Of a DNA stretch of 43,116 nucleotides, positions 39,802 through 43,116 are shown piece by piece. The DNA comes from Candidatus Bathyarchaeota archaeon. GTDB taxonomy: Archaea > Thermoproteota > Bathyarchaeia > Bathyarchaeales > Bathycorpusculaceae. The stretch lies in assembly GCA_963777155.1 (NCBI GenBank), contig CAVZPM010000003.1:1-43116 (forward strand), given 5' to 3'. Positions within the stretch are counted from its first letter, which is position 1. The number at the start of each line of letters is the position of its first letter. The notes under the pieces are model-generated. The model was given only the letters and a program-made list of their open reading frames with translations, was not told the origin of the DNA and did not search any database. Both the position numbers and the translations under genes were made by a program.

Positions 39802-40298
39802 TTCTTCATTTTTCTCCGTAAATTCTCTATTAAGCCGCCATCCGTCAAGATTTCTATGATGAAGGTTGGCAGTTTTTCGACTTGGAATTTTTTGCCGTTT
39901 GACAAGTTCTCTATCTTTCCAACCGCAAAGTCTACGGCTAATTCATCGCCTGTCTCCACCGCGCTTGATATGCCTTTGCACTCGATTACGGGCAAACCGA
40001 TGTTGATTGCGTTACGGAAGAAGATCCTTGCAAAGGACTCAGCTATAACGCACTTCACACCCGAATACTTCAATGCCAGTGGTGCTTGTTCTCTGCTGGA
40101 ACCACAGCCGAAGTTTTTGCCTCCGACTAGGATTACTCCCTTCTGGGCTTTTTTAGGGAACTCTACGTCTAAACCTGCCAACGCATGCTTTGCCAGCTCG
40201 TTGGGGTCAACCAGAGTCATGTATTGGCCTGGTAGAATGACATCGGTGTCGATGTTGTTACCGAATTTTATGGCTTTGGCTTTGATTTTGTTTTGCAT
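39798..40298 (-). CDS. leuD: 3-isopropylmalate dehydratase small subunit
   Basis: NIDTDVI, NFGCGSSREQA, SFARIFFRN. Confidence 0.92.
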   Translation of the reverse strand: MQNKIKAKAIKFGNNIDTDVILPGQYMTLVDPNELAKHALAGLDVEFPKKAQKGVILVGGKNFGCGSSREQAPLALKYSGVKCVIAESFARIFFRNAINIGLPVIECKGISSAVETGDELAVDFAVGKIENLSNGKKFQVEKLPTFIIEILTDGGLIENLRRKMKK

Positions 40299-41566
40299 TA
40301 TGCTTTTGCCTCCAGTTTTGTAGGGTCAGTTAATTTGCCAGTGACCGCGGAAGCTGCCACCGTTGCAGGAGATGCTAAATACACTTTGGCTTGGGTGCTG
40401 CCCATTCTGCCTATAAAGTTGCGGTTGCTGCTGCTGACGCATGATTCGCCCGCTGCCAGTAAACCGATGTGGCCGCCTAAGCATGGACCACAAGCGGAGC
40501 CGCAAACGATTGCGCCTGCGTCGGTAAAGATTTCAAATAGTCCTTCTTGCATGGCTTGACGCCAAACCTCTTGCGAGGCTGGAATGACCAACGCGCGGAC
40601 ACCGTCTTTGACTTTTCTACCTTTTATGACTTGGGCGGCTAACTGCAGATCTTCTAATCTGCCGTTTGTGCAGCTGCCGATAAATGCCTGTTCAATTGGG
40701 ACATCGCCGACTTCTGAGACGGGTTTAACGTTGTCAACTGAGCTCGGACATGCGACTTGGGGCTCCATTTTAGCGACGTCAAATTCGACGGTGCGTTCGT
40801 ATTCTGCGTCCTTGTCGCTTTGCAATGCCTTCAAATCAGGCATCTTTGTGACTCTGCCCTCTAAGAATTGGCGGGTGGTTTCGTCGGGTGCGATTATGCC
40901 GTTTTTGGCTCCCATCTCTACCGCCATGTTACAAACTGTCATTCTGCCCGCTATGCTCATGTCTTTGATTGTTGGGCCTGTGAATTCGACGGCTTTGTAT
41001 GTAGCGCCGTCTGTGCTTAATTTGCCAATTATGTTTAGGATTAGGTCTTTTGGGGTGACGTATTTTTTGAATTTTCCTTTAACGTTAACTTTAATTGTGG
41101 GTGGTACTCTGAACCAGATTTTGCCAGTTGCGAAGACTGCGGCTGCTTCGGTTGAGCCTATACCTGTAGCAAAAGCGCCAAAAGCCCCGTAGGTGCATGT
41201 GTGGCTATCTGCGCCGACGATGACGTTTCCTGGAACTACGTGGCCTTTTTCTGGCATAACTTGGTGGCATATGCCGCCTCTGCCGACGTCGTAGAAGGTG
41301 AGGTTCTGGTCTTTGGCGAATTGTCTCATGGTTTTGTGTAGTTCCGCTGCTTTAATGGATTCAGCTGGAACTTGGTGGTCTAGTATAACCACTACTTTTT
41401 TGTGGTCCCAAACTTTTGGGGTGCCTATTTTTTTGAATGATTCTACAGCCAAAGGTCCAGTCAGGTCATGCACCATAACCATGTCAACGTTTGCGTCGAC
41501 AATTTCTCCAGGGTGCACTTCGCTTTTTCCTGAAGCTTTAGCTAAGATTTTTTCTGTAATGTTCAT
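40298..41566 (-). CDS. leuC: 3-isopropylmalate dehydratase large subunit
   Basis: GICHQV, GADSHTCTYG, IGSCTNGR, CGPCLG, SNRNF. Confidence 0.92.
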   Translation of the reverse strand: MNITEKILAKASGKSEVHPGEIVDANVDMVMVHDLTGPLAVESFKKIGTPKVWDHKKVVVILDHQVPAESIKAAELHKTMRQFAKDQNLTFYDVGRGGICHQVMPEKGHVVPGNVIVGADSHTCTYGAFGAFATGIGSTEAAAVFATGKIWFRVPPTIKVNVKGKFKKYVTPKDLILNIIGKLSTDGATYKAVEFTGPTIKDMSIAGRMTVCNMAVEMGAKNGIIAPDETTRQFLEGRVTKMPDLKALQSDKDAEYERTVEFDVAKMEPQVACPSSVDNVKPVSEVGDVPIEQAFIGSCTNGRLEDLQLAAQVIKGRKVKDGVRALVIPASQEVWRQAMQEGLFEIFTDAGAIVCGSACGPCLGGHIGLLAAGESCVSSSNRNFIGRMGSTQAKVYLASPATVAASAVTGKLTDPTKLEAKA

Positions 41567-41661
41567 TTTCGATCTAAATCCTTTAATTAATTCTAATATA
41601 GGAAAGATAATGGGAATTTTTAAAAGAAAGCTATTAAGTATTTCCGCGTCGTGAAAGGTGT

Positions 41662-42174
41662 TTATTGGTCGATTTTTATCGATTTTGCGCCTCGCGCTAG
41701 AGCTGTGATGCCTGTTCTTGCCAATTCGAGTATGCCGAAGGATTTCATGAGGTTGAGGAACGCATCGATTTTGTCGGGTGTACCTGTGATTTCTACGGTT
41801 AAGCTGTCGGTGGAGACGTCGATGATTCTGCCGCGGAAGACTTCGACGAAGTTGATGATGTCGCTGCGTTCTTTGCTATCTTTAACTTTGACTTTTATGA
41901 GTGAGAGTTCACGCATGACAAAGTTGCCGCTTTCGAGTTCGCTGACTTTGAGGACGTCTATTTGTTTGGCGACTTGTTTGACTACTTGGTCGATGGTTTT
42001 TTCGTCTTCGTTGACGGTTATGGTCATGCGAGCGAGACCTGGCTGCTCTGTGGGACCTACCGTGATGCTTTCGATGTTAAAGTTTCGGCGGCGGAACAGG
42101 TTGGCGATGAGGTGTAGTACACCAGGTTTGTTTTCCACTAGCACTGATATTACTTTGGTTTTTCCCGCTTCCAT
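41662..42174 (-). CDS. ilvH: Acetolactate synthase small (regulatory) subunit
   Basis: ENKPGVL, RRNFNIESITV, ELARTG. Confidence 0.93.
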   Translation of the reverse strand: MEAGKTKVISVLVENKPGVLHLIANLFRRRNFNIESITVGPTEQPGLARMTITVNEDEKTIDQVVKQVAKQIDVLKVSELESGNFVMRELSLIKVKVKDSKERSDIINFVEVFRGRIIDVSTDSLTVEITGTPDKIDAFLNLMKSFGILELARTGITALARGAKSIKIDQ

Positions 42175-43116
42175 TAGTAGTCACCTTTCTGTTGGGGTAA
42201 TCCACAGCCTGGAGGCACAAAGGGAACCACGTCGGTCTCTGAACCTATGGGCACATCAATTACCGTTGTTACTTTACTATTTAGTGCTGTCTTAACTGCT
42301 TTTTGGAATTCTGCTATGGAGGTTGCGCGGAAACCTTGTGCTCCGTATGCTTCAGCTAGTTTGACGAAGTCGGGAACTTTGCCTAAGTTGACGGCCATGT
42401 AGCGCCGGTCATAGAGTGTGCGTTGCCACTGTGCCACCATGCCTAACACGCTATTGTTTAGGACGATGACTGTGACAGGGATGTTTTCGGTGACGCTGGT
42501 TGCCAGTTCTTGTTCGCTCATGATGAAGCTGCCGTCGCCTGCGATATCCACGACTGGTCGGTCGGGGCATGCGACTTTGGCACCGATGGCTGCTGGAAAA
42601 CCAAATCCCATGGTTCCAAGCCCGCCGGAGCTTATGAATGTCCGAGGCTTTAGTGCTTTGAAGTACAATGCTGACCACATTTGGTTTTGTCCCACTTCTG
42701 TGGTGACTATGCCGTTTTCTGGCAAAAGTTTTCTCAGCTCGTTCAGTAACGCTTTGGGGACTACGTCTTTTGGCAAATCCTTCATTAGTGGGCTTAGTTT
42801 TTCTTTGACTTCTTTGACACGTTTACTCCATTCTTTGCCTTCGCCCTTCTTTAGCTTCTTCAAAGTTGCCGCCAGCAGCATTCTCATTGCAACTTTGGCA
42901 TCTGCAACGATAGGTACGTCAACTTCGATGTTTTTGTTGATTTCAGCGTTGTCGATTTCTATGTGGATTATTTTTGCGTTTGGTGCGAAGGTGTCGAGAT
43001 TTGCGGTTGCGCGGTCAGAGAATCTTGTACCGACAGCTAAGAGTACGTCTGCTTCGCCCATTAGCCTGTTTGCTGCGGGGTTGCCGTGCATGCCGATGCT
43101 TCCCAACGACAAGGGA
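42174..43116 (-). CDS. ilvB: Acetolactate synthase large subunit (5' part outside the window)
   Basis: GMHG, GTRFSDR, VGQNQMW, SGGLGTMGFG, TPP motif GDGSF...LNN, LGMVAQWQ. Confidence 0.93.
   Translation of the reverse strand, partial: PLSLGSIGMHGNPAANRLMGEADVLLAVGTRFSDRATANLDTFAPNAKIIHIEIDNAEINKNIEVDVPIVADAKVAMRMLLAATLKKLKKGEGKEWSKRVKEVKEKLSPLMKDLPKDVVPKALLNELRKLLPENGIVTTEVGQNQMWSALYFKALKPRTFISSGGLGTMGFGFPAAIGAKVACPDRPVVDIAGDGSFIMSEQELATSVTENIPVTVIVLNNSVLGMVAQWQRTLYDRRYMAVNLGKVPDFVKLAEAYGAQGFRATSIAEFQKAVKTALNSKVTTVIDVPIGSETDVVPFVPPGCGLPQQKGDY

Noticed and set aside
41567-41641. Ile/Leu-rich open frame upstream of and in frame with leuC (ILNSFLLKIPIIFPILELIK), a possible leucine leader
   Set aside because: No ATG/GTG/TTG start, no stop of its own and no hairpin; AT-rich promoter DNA naturally yields Ile/Leu/Phe codons.
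41651-42295. Long antisense ORFs such as 41651..42295, 40584..41192, 32039..32704 and 613..876
   Set aside because: Shadow frames on the opposite strand of well-conserved genes, with no independent motifs.

Overview
The window joins two unrelated pieces of DNA. Bases 1 to ~2656 look like Bacteroidota: a DUF5009/HGSNAT-like acyltransferase, a divergent secreted GH2 glycoside hydrolase and a TAnnTTTG promoter element. At ~2656/2657 the GH2 gene stops mid-domain and abuts the middle of a group 3b [NiFe]-hydrogenase large-subunit gene. From there on the sequence is archaeal, most like Bathyarchaeia (an inference from gene families and style). It carries a ~36 kb amino-acid biosynthesis supercluster: thrC-hom-lysC, an ACT-domain protein, argG-argH-carA-carB, the MA1821/MA1822/MA1715-type homocysteine module, an archaeal DKFP-type aromatic operon headed by its own aspartate kinase, and a convergent ilvB-ilvH-leuC-leuD-leuB-leuA-pheA run. 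Nine single-base insertions break eight otherwise intact genes, which points to long-read error. The most striking unannotated element is a 28-codon uORF (24764-24850, MFNAEKIAIGNVAPFQSFDYYFYYYYFP) with a run of eight Tyr/Phe codons. It lies between a TATA box and the first gene of the aromatic operon and is followed by mutually exclusive RNA helices. It is a candidate leader-peptide attenuator in an archaeon.
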